A stretch of 64,000 bases of DNA from NCBI RefSeq assembly GCF_023055435.1, contig NW_025963779.1, forward strand, positions 85,064,001 through 85,128,000, in the 5' to 3' direction. Shown here piece by piece: positions 37,101 to 48,800 of this stretch. Every line of letters starts with the position of its first letter. Position 1 is the first letter of the stretch. Position numbers and translations under genes: made by a program. The notes beneath the pieces were generated by a model. It did not search any database and was not told where the DNA came from. It saw nothing but the letters and a program-made list of their open reading frames with translations. The stretch is from Haliotis rufescens (Eukaryota).

Positions 37101-40100
37101 ATCTTGGGAAAGTGGTGATATGTTACGCCAGAGGTTGAAGGTGGAGCAGCAAGTTCAGGATTAGTGGCTGAGAAGGCGCCTTTGACATCAGGCTCTGTCT
37201 TTACAATAGGTCCTTCCTGTTGTGCCATTCCTTGAATCCAGGCTTTAAAGTCATCCGGATTCTCAACCTTTGGAGACAGTCCCATCTTTGTAAATATTGT
37301 TAACAAACTTTTCATCTCCTCTTCTTCAAGATTCATGATGTAAGAGTATGATGCAGTCGAGTGGAAGGATTACAAAATCTAAATAAAGATCACAAAAGCC
37401 TGTGAAGAAGATGTGCAACGACTATAAAAAGTCACAGAAGTTTTGAAAGATGTTGATAACTGAAATCTAAAAATTAATAGTGATGATCACAGAGTCACAA
37501 CTGCAATCAGAAAGAAAAACAGCTGCAATGGAATATAAAAAAATGGATTGCAACACTATTGCCTAGAAACAAAAAATAACCTCAGTGAAAAATAAAAGTA
37601 GATACTAAAATGCTACATAATGAAATAAAGTACCTAAGATAACTAATACCCGGTGTGAATATAAGACCCACAAAACAACACGAAGGAATAGATCAAGGCA
37701 TGCTGTTATGTAAATGTGAAAAAAAAAAAAGAAGTGCAGATGGGGAAAATGATTTCAAACTAAGTCAGTCTGTGGTAGGGCAGTCAAAAAAAAACAACCC
37801 AAACTAATTCTAATCTGATTATTATTATTATTTAATACCTATCCAAGTTTATTTGCATACGTGTAGAAAGGTGAAAGAAGCAAATAGAACTGATTCAAAC
37901 ACACACACTCACCTGGTTATAATTAAAGATTATACTTTATTGAAACTAACTCAACAACTAATCTAAAAGTCTAACTAAATACTAACTAAACCAATCTAAG
38001 GAAACCAAGTCTACCTAAGGCAGGCAAATATTTCAAACTTTATTGAAACTAACAAAACAGTTTAGCCAATAGTCAAACTAAACTAAACTAAACTAAACTA
38101 AACTAAACTAAACTAAACTAAACTAAACTAAACTAAACTAAACTAAACTAAACTATCGATACATGCTGTAAACAAATGTACACAATACCAAAGTATACAA
38201 ACTTGGTGATCACCGAAAAAATGTTTTCACAAGTTGTGAAATGCTACATAACAAGGTTTACTGGCCAGATAAATATCTATAATTACAAATGTAGAGAAAG
38301 GTTGAATGTAATTACAATTACGAAAACCTTACATAAATGCAGATAATTGAAATATATGTACAATAATGAAAAACTTAAGCCGGCAAAGACAAATAGATAC
38401 TATGAAGTAAAATATATTACATGATTGATTGCAAAGGGAAGTAATTTACAAATTACCAGATATCAGAAATATGCTTTGTGTACGGGAATAAGGTACAAGT
38501 TACAAAATACACAAAGTTATATCCACGTAGTATCCACAAATGTCAATACACAGAAGTCAGTCACAGATGCCGTGAAAGTGAAGGGAATCACATGGCTTGG
38601 CAGATCACATGGCTTGGCAGATCTCAGTACATGTGCCTGTACACAGAATGGAAGGGGAGCTGTCTATCCCACGAAGAGGCTGGCTGACATTTCTTAGGCA
38701 AATGTCCTCACTGGGGGCTCCATTTTGTAACCGGGTTTGTGTTGGCGAATACAAGGTCCAACACAGGCTACGGGTGTGAGTCTTTATTGCCTTATTAGTA
38801 GATAACAATGACACCCTGTAATGTACAAACAATAAGATTATAAAAACAGTAGTACACAGGTTTCATACACACATATATTAATACAATACAAAGCAACCTT
38901 TCATTTAATATAAACATAGTCTATATTCATTACATCAACATGAACTTAATAATCAATGATATATAAAATCATTACCTTACCCTGAAGTAAACAAACGATT
39001 GATCAAGGGCGATAACTCGATCCCGACATTACTGATAAGATTACAATATATATATGGTCCACGGTTCCAACATACAATGAACATTACAAATTCAATTACC
39101 ACTTTGTTGAAACTACTATATTAATTCATTACCTGATCATACATTTGGTATGATACACTATTTACAAAATATACTTCATGACACAACAAACATGTAAATT
39201 ATGCGTACCCTGTGGGTGACACTGGGGTGTTTGTCCTCTCTAGGCAGCCGCCTGGCGTGGTAGCTTTGTAGCTGTCAGCACGCTCCTAATTACAGAATCA
39301 ACTATGAATAAATGTAACATACAGAATACAATTTAGGAAATATAACTAACTACTAACTACCATACAATGATTGACATTGCATACAAATTCAGTATTTACA
39401 CAATGATAAAAATCAACGCATTCACTCAAACATTCACACACAGGAAGAAGAAGGATGACAAGCATTTAAAGTGTTTACTTAGCCTTATTTAATTATTAAC
39501 TTAGTAATATGGTGACACAATCACCATACCAAAGATAAGCATGTTAATAATACTGAAATTACATTCCACATAACTTAGATAACATAAGTTATATTATTAT
39601 ACAAATACATAGATATTAGCTAGCAATTTTATAGATTACTAACCTTAATAATCGAATTATTTATCCCAGATCTGTCCGAGTCCAAATTGTTGACTGACTT
39701 CTGAATTGGTGTATTGTCAAGTGCAAGATGGATGAAAAGTGCACAGTTTGAACAAGCCAATGAAAACAAGGCTTGGGTTAGAACAAAGAGGAGAAACAAT
39801 GACACAAACATAGACCAACCCAACCACCCTCTACATTATAAGTAAACTAATCCAGAAGCCCATAATATATATTGAATTAAGAACCTACTTTCCTAACAAC
39901 TTAAAATAACATACAAACCTAAAGGACCTCAAATAGATAAAACATATATACAACAAAACTGTATGTTAATACTTGTGTCTGCCACAATAGAAGAAACACT
40001 TGCAGCATAGACAAAACTAAGTCATGACATCTAAAATTGAACGTTCTTTCACCACCTGCCCACGTGGCTCACTGGGAAAACAGTTGATTACAAAACTTAA

Positions 40101-41518
40101 CACGATATGTGAGGTTACAGGTTCAATTCCCATCATCCATAATGAAAAGGTTTCACTTCCTGTCTTCGATTTTAGAACATTGGACGCTTGAAACAATTCC
40201 ATCTGCTACTCACATCATCAGGTCTTACTAGCACAAGTAAAACCTCAAACCAGGTCTTACTAGGAAAAAGTAAAACCTCAAACCAGGTCTTACTTTGAAA
40301 AAGTAAAACCTCAAACCAGGTCTTACTAGGAAAAAGTAAAACCTCAAACCAGGTCTTACTTAGAAAAAGTTAAACCTCACACCCGGGATGAGCTCTTACT
40401 TCGAAAAACTAAAACTTCCCAAGAGGTTATTACAGGATAGAAAGATATGTACAATACAAAATGCAAAAGTGGCAGTAGGTTTATAACCACTTGACCAAGC
40501 ACTGACAGTAGGACACAACTACAAGTTCATTTCATATTAAGTATGTGCATCACAGTAGTGTTTGTTACCGAGTGTACTATTTTTTTAATGTTACTGTCGC
40601 ATGGCGTGGAGTCAACCTTAAGGAGACAAGGAGACATTGTTACTATCCACTATGATGGGGTTAACTACTTTGGTCATGTGACCTCGGACATGACTATCCA
40701 CGGTTTAAATCCCATCAGACAATTTAAGGCTGGTATATGAAAATGTAAATCGATCGAGGGTCTGTGTGGCAAGCAACTATGTGACCATCTACCTCATTAG
40801 GACAAGTCTGTAGTAGGGCTGGGATTGGTTACTCAGGTACTTGGGTCGGGTGGGTACTGAGTATGACCCTGGTACCCACAGGACTACCCAGACTTGTGGT
40901 TAGTCATGATATATTGTTTAATGACAAAAATTATCTGGAACTCCATGGTTACACAAGTCAAGTTACTTCTGACTGACTATGAACGCATTCCTTCTGACGT
41001 TTGTATGTTTGAATAAACTGCAGTCAACTTCAGTGTATGCATGACCAGACTGCTTTATACGGTATCTAAACACATTCTGCCAGGGCTACAGCCAAACTAT
41101 TCCCAATTGGACATTTTGTACCTATCTCTTGAGACCTACAACAGGTGCCCAGGTAGGGTCAGGTAATACGGCAGTGTGTACCTGGGTAGTAACTTTGGAC
41201 TCGTCCCGGGCCTAGTTTGTAGTGAGTGAGTGAGTATGGTTTTACGCCTCTTTTAGCAACATTCCAGCAATATCACGATGGGGGACACCAGAAATGGGCT
41301 TCACACATTGTACCCATGTCAGGAATCGAACCCAGGTCACTTTGGCGTGACAAGCGAACACTTTAGGTTACCTGACCACCACCTAGTCTGTAGTGAACCT
41401 ACTCTTTCTTCAGCAGCTTGTCCTGTCTGTCCAGCAGCTCACGGAGTTCCTGCAGAGTCTTCTTGGTCAAGTCTCCTAGTTGCCCCTGCTTCTCGGAGGA
41501 AATCGACATGGACCCCAT
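25118..41518 (-). CDS. POLR2M: RNA polymerase II subunit M / Gdown1 (GRINL1A), about 333 aa
   Basis: Exons (minus): 41518-41403, 27646-27179, 26555-26297, 25537-25449, 25187-25118 (1002 nt, in phase). Motifs DLTKKTLQELRELLDRQDKLL, KFLQTLPDKG, LISVEESLQL, QATERLAGRLHIRLDDYNPEG and YR plus an acidic tail match remembered human Gdown1 (LVELREMLKRQERLL, KFICKLPDKG, LLSIEESLAL, AAQKLAERLNIKMRSYNPEG). Confidence 0.92.
25188..25448 (-). other. U12-type (minor spliceosome) GT-AG intron, last intron of POLR2M
   Basis: 5' splice site GTATCCTTT at 25448-25440; branch site TTCCTTAAC at 25204-25196 just before CAG; no polypyrimidine tract. Confidence 0.9.
25640..26087. repeat. 27-bp minisatellite (ACATCAGTAGTATGCCCCCCTACATAA)n
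   Basis: About 16 tandem copies in a POLR2M intron. Confidence 0.95.
26875..27165. repeat. About 51-bp tandem repeat
   Basis: About 6 copies of ttacataactttacatctgaggtataattcagtatctgaaccagcatagt-like units. Confidence 0.85.
27790..28250. repeat. Degenerate minisatellite, about 33 bp
   Basis: Repeated gtttatcaaatattcaccatgttgacagt-like units. Confidence 0.75.
28530..28790 (-). mobile_element. GACCCGTGAAG-family retroelement copy
   Basis: Full-length, diverged copy; approximate TSD tRatagcata. Confidence 0.8.
28791..29374. repeat. 34-bp minisatellite (TGATAGCATAGACATCGCACACTAAGAACACTAG)n
   Basis: About 17 tandem copies. Confidence 0.95.
29965..30209 (-). mobile_element. tRNA-derived SINE with a V-domain-like core
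   Basis: 12-bp TSD tatggtcaagga (29953-29964 and 30210-30221); A-box tggcccagtcg, gggctttcctcccac core, gcggcgttaaac plus (CACT)n tail. Confidence 0.8.
30453..31713 (-). repeat. 3' LTR
   Basis: Direct repeat of 38726-39986; preceded on minus by the PPT-like tract GGGGGGAAGTA (31724-31714). Confidence 0.97.
31744..35240 (-). CDS. pol: Gypsy pol: reverse transcriptase, RNase H, integrase
   Basis: YLDD in RT, TDASG and TDNNPL in RNase H, HHCC zinc motif and D-D-E in integrase. The frame is open upstream of Met 35157 (GEQGDPDDIINQVDVDDTDLTREE) to a TGA near 35270. Confidence 0.97.
35175..36077 (-). CDS. Gypsy aspartic protease and following beta-rich domain (-1 frame relative to gag)
   Basis: LLDTGA active site and LLGTN motif; entered through the UUUAAAC site. 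Confidence 0.92.
   Translation of the reverse strand, partial: FKLGQAYGRGQPLGFIGRPKYKEIPDGLVGDATEVEISIEGFPVRALLDTGATVSIISETFYKNNLQSLPLEPISDILDIECAGGEQLPYLGYVSVRLNIIGGGISKTSDSCLMLIVPETRYNAKVPALLGTNVLQHFLNECKLQHGARFLQKANLHTPWYLAYRTLALRDKELERRGHCLGFVRSTENKNLIIPPNTNMVIKGQVTKGFNSPVICALLQPTSFASLPRDLDIAPTLISYNYDSRNPVDVHISNITTRTVVVPPRALLCEIQPVSIPELPLENKVTQMTSSTKSMLMTLT
36021..36077 (-). promoter_or_regulatory. -1 ribosomal frameshift signal (U UUA AAC plus predicted pseudoknot)
   Basis: Heptamer at 36077-36071 in the gag frame, 7-nt spacer, stem GGCCUAUGG/CCAUUAGGCU, loop GGGGC pairing with downstream GCCCC. Confidence 0.8.
36038..37336 (-). CDS. gag: Gypsy gag (PNMA-like capsid plus CCHC knuckle), 432 aa
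   Basis: FSG...YDLWKYEV...IRKSLKGEAA capsid signature and the zinc knuckle CYRCGYPGHIAVGC. Confidence 0.95.
   Translation of the reverse strand: MNLEEEEMKSLLTIFTKMGLSPKVENPDDFKAWIQGMAQQEGPIVKTEPDVKGAFSATNPELAAPPSTSGVTYHHFPKIPFFSGETGKDTPYDLWKYEVDCLLQSKTHSLDVILQVIRKSLKGEAALVAMKLGHTATVEDLLFKIHSAFGTLRRKETLMSQFYGTFQGDKEDVTAWGCRLENLMYQIASQRQMNFEEQDEMLRSKMWDGLKPELKSLAAHKYDNIFNFDELRLCLREVEFDMKRDQSHSTGKKTATIKMASTSDSSSAVATKEEVMDLKAMMRDIQTELADLKEQRQHSAQVFFQQPHQPSPASQGTPQTSWRRNSKHYGKRNGPSHPTSSFQSQMPSVMPQQQHSYSQPAPPRPQAPYMPQHIPPPQPPQVDGYGLPPEPQEPIYCYRCGYPGHIAVGCRVRLDHLRCPLNLARPMGGGNH
38075..38154. repeat. (AAACT)16 microsatellite in the Gypsy 5' leader
   Basis: Perfect pentamer run. Confidence 0.95.
38705..38722 (-). 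other. Primer-binding site, probably tRNA-Thr
   Basis: Minus-strand TGGAGCCCCCAGTGAGGA lies 3 nt after the 5' LTR and is complementary to a tRNA 3' end ...TCCTCACTGGGGGCT-CCA. The tRNA identity is from memory. Confidence 0.8.
38726..39986 (-). repeat. 5' LTR
   Basis: 1261-bp direct repeat; only one mismatch to the other LTR noticed (39469 A versus 31196 T). Confidence 0.97.
40218..40415. repeat. 33-bp minisatellite
   Basis: About 6 copies of caggtcttactaggaaaaagtaaaacctcaaac. Confidence 0.9.
40814..41214. mobile_element. hAT-type MITE
   Basis: TAGGGCTGGGA...TCCCGGGCCTA termini and 8-bp TSD gtYtgtag; homologous to 51623-52009. Confidence 0.85.
41223..41382 (-). mobile_element. tRNA(Asp-like)-headed SINE
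   Basis: Same family as 61197-61370; flanked by the duplication ctagtYtgtagtga. Confidence 0.85.
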
Positions 41519-42283
41519 CTGTAGACCACATTCACATTACTATGAAGCAGAGACTCACTGAATGTTCTACATATCTGCAAAACTCTTACACAATTTATTC
41601 TAAGGATATGCTTTTGATGTTTGATAAGCCTAAATATATAGAGGATATTTGTGTATAGTCTTGTTTAGGTCATTGAGTGGCCTAAAAAAGGTTGATATTT
41701 TTATGAGTTGCGCAGTCATGGGTAAAAATGTCAACTTTGTTGACAGAATAATAGTTGTGTTTCATGTGATTGCACGGATCAACAACCAAGATATATTTCA
41801 CTTCCAGAAATATCAAAAACTGAGGCCAAACTTGATTTGTTGCAATATATAAACATCTATCCCCAGACCCCTGCATCAATATATATTTAAGACAAAGTAA
41901 CTTTAGTAATCATAAATAATACTGTACACACATGAACTCGTTATTGGTCAAATGTATATCAGTGTATATATATATAGGGATGTATATTTTCATTTACTGA
42001 GCAATAACAAGTTCCTGTGACTGAAGTACTGGGAGTATTGATGCTGCGGATCATTGTTTTATTTACACCTGTAGTGTACATATATCTCTCAATGTCTCAA
42101 TCATTTTATGACATAACGATATCCATGTGCGTTGACAGTTTGTCACACTCACGAAAACGGGGTACGTTTTGCAACCATGACTGTTTCAGCAGTTATGGAT
42201 CTCGACTGAGTAGTGTGCTGAAATGACAAGCATAACTGCCTTACACAGCTAGGTTCAAGAAAACGTGTATGTACCTTTCCCAT

Positions 42284-42830
42284 TTTACTAGTTATCACCT
42301 TGTCATCTGACAATTTACAGGCCATATCGTACTGAGAATACCGCAACTGCGTACGGACAGGGTATAACGCATTTATATAGCCTTCTCGACACTGCGCCAT
42401 CTATCGGTTGACTTATTCCATTCCACTTAGGGGGGTGGGGTGGTTGAATTTCCATAGAGATGTTTTTTATGTGGTAGGCCTCAAATATTCAAATTGAATA
42501 TAAAACAATAATACTAACTTGTATGTTATAGGAACGTGTACCGGCTGGCAACATGTACACTCGGATACTGTGTGTGCCTTCTATGTAAACATATTATTTC
42601 CTGTGCATCCCTGTATTCAATACTGAAATGGTGTATCTCTGATCAGCCGCTGAAAACTGGTTCTCTGTTGATACGCACACCGACCCGTGCGTTGAGGCGT
42701 GTAGACAGTATCCCAGTACACTATAAATAGGCGTTGTCCGTCCCGGATCTGTCAACCACGAACTTGTAGAGTTGGCACAGTAAAGTGCTGTTGTAATCTA
42801 AGTCGCGCCTTGCTTTTCACAACTCACAAA
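42284..42830. promoter_or_regulatory. Putative bidirectional promoter region of POLR2M and SWEET
   Basis: CpG-richer segment. TATAAATA at 42722, about 110 bp before the SWEET ATG. Candidate POLR2M first exon ends ATGGGAAAG|gtacat at 42283-42275 on minus. Confidence 0.55.
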
Positions 42831-45800
42831 ATGGATTTCCTTAACATAGTGGAGTGGTCGACAATCATTTTCACCATTCTCATGATGATGTCAGGAATGT
42901 AAGTTTGTAAACTTTTTATGAACTTATTAAAGGCAACTTTAGTATTTTTCAGAGACCATATAATAGATATTATATGGTCTCTGGTATTTTTGTATCAGAC
43001 ATTAAACAGATCAACATGCATTGGCGATAATGTTTACAAAAGGGGTATATGTTGTATATATTAACCGAGAAACCTTATTCCTGGTTCAACATACTTGGCC
43101 GACATGTTTTTAGAAGAGTTGAGAGTTGTCATTATATCCCTTTTAACCATAATTTCTGTTTCAAGAAAGAGTGAAACTGTTTGAATAGTGTGGACATCTC
43201 TCAAGTGTGTCATTCTGTGTTTACCTATGTACAGTAACAGTTTTGACAGCTTTAGAAATTGGCACTAGTCCTGTGCCCTTGCCAAACTAGCCAATACTTA
43301 AGGTATCATAAGGACCAGAAGAATTTGCCCTTTTTAAGGGTTTGTGTATCAGTATAAGCAGAGACCATATAATCTATTATATGGTCTCTGGTATAAGGAC
43401 TAGTGGACTAAAACTGTTAGTTTTTAACGCTGAGTTATATACGGTTTAATTTCATGTTCATTGGGAAAGGAATAAATTAATACTATTGTTTGTATATTTG
43501 TTCAGACATTATACTTTGGGGAATGAGGGTTTGCAGTTGAAAATGATCTCTCATCTGTCTGTACCGGTGCAGTCGGGTAACCTAGTGGTTAAAGTGTTCG
43601 CTCGTCACGCCAAAGACCTGGGTTCGAATCCCGACATGGGTACAATGTGTGAAGCCCATTTCTGGTATCCCACACCGTGACATTGATGGAATATTGCTAA
43701 AAGCGGAGTAAAACCAAATTCACTCACTCTCTCGGTACCATCAACTTACTGCTATCAATCCACTGCAGTTCTCCAACTATCCGTGTCAAGCCTGTCCCCT
43801 CAATAAGCCATATGGTTACTCTAACTGATGAGAAACTGCCGAAAACACTGCATTTTTAGCCACTATCAAATATTGGTGTATGCCCTCTTTCGACAGGCAG
43901 TTTGTGTCATCTCATTTTCCGTAAGAATTGGTCCAGGTTAATATTTAATTATTTAATAAATAATTTTGATAACCGATCTGGTTTTCACAACACAAATTGA
44001 ATTGGACTGCTGTATTGTAATCCAAACCAGGGCTCCACACAATATATTTAACCAAAGTTTGAGTATTTACTCACGGTATAATTCACATTGGGTATTGATA
44101 GTTTTCTTTGGGTATTAAATTTGTAATCTCTTGGGTCTAGTTTATTGGGTATTGTAAACTGATCACTGGACAATTTTCAAAATGATTCTTCTTCTATGCT
44201 GTTCAGGTAACTTGGAATTAGGATATGTTTATGTGCTGTTGTGATATGTGTTACAATAAGCAGGATGTCGCACATCCATTATTCACTACAGTAGGTTCAT
44301 ATAGGCATCAGTTAGAACAGATCCTTTAAAACATGCATGTATTCAAGCTCTAATAAATACATTGGGCAATTATGCAGTGTTGTATACTATTTGATGATCA
44401 AATTTCTTCATGCCTATTTGTAAACAAGCAGCTCAACATTAATTGGGTTATGGTGAGTTAGTGTGTGTATTTTACAGAAATATGCAGCTTTTCTGGAGCT
44501 CTGACAAACAAAGGAATGGAATATTTTAGGTTGAAAATAATATTAGGATGATGCAGCAACTAAAGCCAGAATTAAGTTGTCATATTTGTCCATATTTTAG
44601 GCCAAAGACTTTAAAATTTTAAAGATTTGTCACTGATAAAGAGCTAAATCTGGCCCTTGTCTTTTGTGACACCCCCAAAGAGTTTATTGGATGTGTGGCT
44701 GGTTGAATGTGACGATGGAATGTACACACCTGATGCATGTGCTTGTTTATAGATATATTACTACAAGTACATTGTACAAGTCATAATAAAAGATGAAAGT
44801 ACTGCTTGTGTTTCTGGGGTGTTTCCGTTGATATTTTCACTGTAGCCGTCAGCTCATCAGAACTTATGATGAAAAAGTTTGGCTGTTTATTTGTTTAAAT
44901 TACTCTTATGCAAACTGAAATAACATGGGAAAAAAGTAAATTTAATCAAACAAAATATCACATTGAATGTGAAATGTGAAGTATAACAATATAACAATAA
45001 CAAAAAGAAACATATTAACGTGATGCATTTCCCCTTCTGTAACCGTATGACACATTTCACCTCTGAGCGCCTTACATGATTAACTGAAAATGTAACTAGC
45101 CATATCAATTAATGCCAATTATGTAATAACAATCCCCCTTCACAGGAATAACCTCTGTTTATATGATACAACATATACTGTTGTTATCCTCTGGCCAGTA
45201 GTTCACAGTATTTAGCACATGGCATACTTACCGACTTATCGCGAAGATAAAAGTGACAGCTGGGTATTGAGAAACAAGCACAGTTGGAGATGGGGATGTG
45301 TTTGGCTTGTAATACACTATAAAACCTGAATGTCAATCCTTTTGTATGAATCAAACACCAATGTAATATTTACACACACACACACACACACACACACCTT
45401 AAATTACTGTGTAACACTGACCCATTTTGAAGGCGGTCTGTGTTTCCCGGTCATTTAAAGGTAGGGTGTGTTCCACAGTCTATTAAAGGGATCTGTGCTC
45501 CTAACTAATTTAAAGGCGCATCTCCCACATTCATGTTCTACACTTTAATGGAGGGGCTATGTTCTACCCTTTGGGGAGGGGAGGCTATGTTCTACACTTC
45601 AAAGGGGTGCTAAGTTCTACACTTTAAAGGGGGAATATGTTCTACACTTCAAAGGGGGGCTAAGTTCTACACTTTAAAGGAGGGCTTAAATAAGACAGAC
45701 AGGTGACCCATGAATGTTGCCTGCCCTTCTTTAAAGTTACCTGCCCGCATTCAGACATTCTAAATTTTTTTAAAACGCAAAAAATAAGAGAGAAATTATG

Positions 45801-48800
45801 TCTTGATTCAGTCGAAATAATGGTTACAATTACTTGAGAATCTACAAGAAGTCATATCGTCCGCAAGGACCCTTCAAATTCATTATTAGAGGTCCCCTGG
45901 ACCCCCACCTATGTAAGTTAGGGTAAAACCATGTAGACATATGACAATTTTAGTGCTGTTAATGGACAAGCCAGTGCTATGTGTAATTAAGGTGCTCCTC
46001 GTTCAATATGCAATGTGAAACTTGCGTGACGTGAATCGACTTGCCAGGACTGCCAGTTGGCAAGAGCCTAGTCGCAATGTAAAGCAAGTCATTGAAATTT
46101 CCAGCATTCATTCGACTATGGCAATAAACACTCGGAGCCTGGGACATGTACAGAATTGTGTTAATAAAACATGCTCCCAACCTCCAGTCCAACAATATCG
46201 ATAATGCCATCTCACCACTGACATGCCTGATTCATCTCCGGGCCACAGTAAAATGCCACTTTGATACTTTTAGTGATGGATTACTGATTAATTGATCACC
46301 TTTTTCTGTATAAACCTTCATATCAACCTTTTTGAAATATAAGATCAATATCGTCAGTAACCAGGTACACAAATACTAGTGGGACTTGCATACTCAACAT
46401 GATCTACATGTAAACTTACCATTGTAAACATGACAGTATTTAGGCCAAACTATTTTAATTGTTAGTTTCATGGATATTTTCCAGCTTTTCCACACAAGGT
46501 TGGTCAAAATAAAAATAAAATAAAATAGCTATGTTAATCATTTATTTATTATATTTATTTATCTGGAAGTCTTTCTGCTGTTGAGACATATTAAAAATAC
46601 ATATTTTTGTGTTTAATTTATTTCTTGGAAAGGCAGCTTTTCAGTAGGGGTGGCAAGCCCGTGAAACGAAAATTTAAAATGTGTGGTCTTACATATAAAT
46701 TGGACAAAACCATCACACCTAGGTTCAGTGTGAAACTATTTCATGGCTGTCATATTGTCTTCCATTGACATATTGACTACTGGTGCCATTATAGATGGAA
46801 CCAATCGTTACTCCTGTGTTTATTTTCGTTATCACAAAAAATCAATAATGTCTGATTGTCCCTTGTCCAGGATTAATTAGCAGCATGACACTCTCTGTTC
46901 AAGGCTACCTTTATCTGGCTGGCCGTGTTGTGAGAGGGACAGTGTTAATAGGCTATCAAGTGAGGTGTCCTTTATGTCTGATCAATAAGGTTGTATTGCT
47001 GTGATGTATATGCAAATATGTGATGGGAGTGAGAATTACATGATGCCCCAGGAGAGAACATTGAACCTCACCTAAGCTCGTAGAAAGGCTTCCATTTCTG
47101 CATCAGAGCAGCTGATCAGCGATTTTGTTGACACCGCATTGATGGTATTGATTGCTTGAGATGGAGAACCAAGTTACATCAATTTACCTGATTCAATTCT
47201 TTAAGGATTTTTACTTTTTGAAAGGTTAAATGTAAATGTTGTGAAATATTAGTGTTTACAGACAAATCGTGAAACCGTAAAACTTGCAAAGAAACATTAT
47301 GAAATGTGTTTGAAAATAGAAGTTGCTCCTAATAAATGATTTGAATATTTTTAATAATAGGTTCAGCCTCTTTCTTTTAAAGGATTTGGCTTATTTGCTT
47401 TTGTAGGACCTGAAAAATTATGATTTCATTTGGAAGTGAGCTCATCAGTGTTAATCAAACAAAGCATGACAAAGCAAAATATCACTTTTTCAATATTTAA
47501 TCATGCAATATTAATGCTGAGGTTTGCACACACAAAGATCTTTGTATTACATTGTATTACATTGTATTACATATACAGTCACTTATGCTTATATAAATAA
47601 ATAAATAAATAAGTACATAAATCTGTACAAGATGCTTTAACCGTCAGTATCAGAGAAATGTGCAGAGCTACGAGAAAGCTACTGGTGTCATTCAACCATG
47701 TATTTCCTTAAGCCAATATTCCATGGCAACAATGTTTTCACAACATGTGTTATTTGTGCTGATGCTTTTGTCCCTGTAGCCTCAGGATGTGCCCATGAGA
47801 AGGAGTCAGAAACTCTCCTGGTACTGATGGAACCGCAGACGTTGTTTTGTATAGAACAAGACGATGTCCACCAGCTGTTGAGCATGATAGTCATATATTG
47901 ATTATCATATTTACTTTAACGTCTATTGAGCATTTTATTATTGATAAACCTTTGGACCCGACCTCTTAAAAATGTTCATTATAATGTTAACAAGCATGCA
48001 TGACAAGCCATAAGCACACTGGCAATGTGTTTTGAAATCAATAGTAATCATTACTATTGATTTCAATGAAATATTTAATGCACAATTATGCCCCTGAAAG
48101 ACATATGAAATATTTAATATACAATTATGCCCCTGAAAGACATAAGCAAGCTCTCTGTGTTGGGTAGGTAATCATTAACACATTCATAAGCATGTCCTGA
48201 CTGACCTTTCCTTTGGTTCCAGACCACCATGTATAGCCATGTACAAGACGAAGGACACAAAGCATATTCCATTCTTCTTCTTCCTTATCTGCCTCATGAA
48301 GTAAGTATCACAAATCCATCCTCGGCACACAGGACTATTTTAAGTCCATTAGATTTACACCCTTGGTTTATCCATTAACCAGGGTAACAGTAATGTTGTG
48401 CCATGTGCATTCTTATGTTAATGGAATTTGGTGCATTATAGATGCACATTTTATTATCATCATCATCATCATAATCTGAACAATGAGGTAGCCTAATGGT
48501 TGAGTTGTTCACATGTCATGCTGAGGACCCAGGTTTGATTCTGACCCGTGAAGATCCAGGGTAGAATAGGTCTTCAGCAACCCAGTCTTGCCATAAGAGG
48601 CGACTATCCTTGTCGTAAGAGGCGTCTAATGGGATTGGGTGGTCAGGCTCGCCGAATTGGTTGATGCATGCCATTGTATTCCAATTGCATGGATCGATGC
48701 TCATGATGTCAATCACTGGATTGTCTGTTCCAGACTTAATTATTTACAGACCGCCATCATATAGCTGGAATATAAACAACAAACAAACAAACAAGGTTTG

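Larger units (their letters stand above)
30453..39986 (-). mobile_element. Full-length Ty3/Gypsy LTR retrotransposon (9534 bp) in a POLR2M intron
   Basis: Two 1261-bp TG...CA LTRs, 4-bp TSD ATAG (30449-30452 and 39987-39990), PBS, PPT and gag-PR-RT-RH-IN order. Confidence 0.98.
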
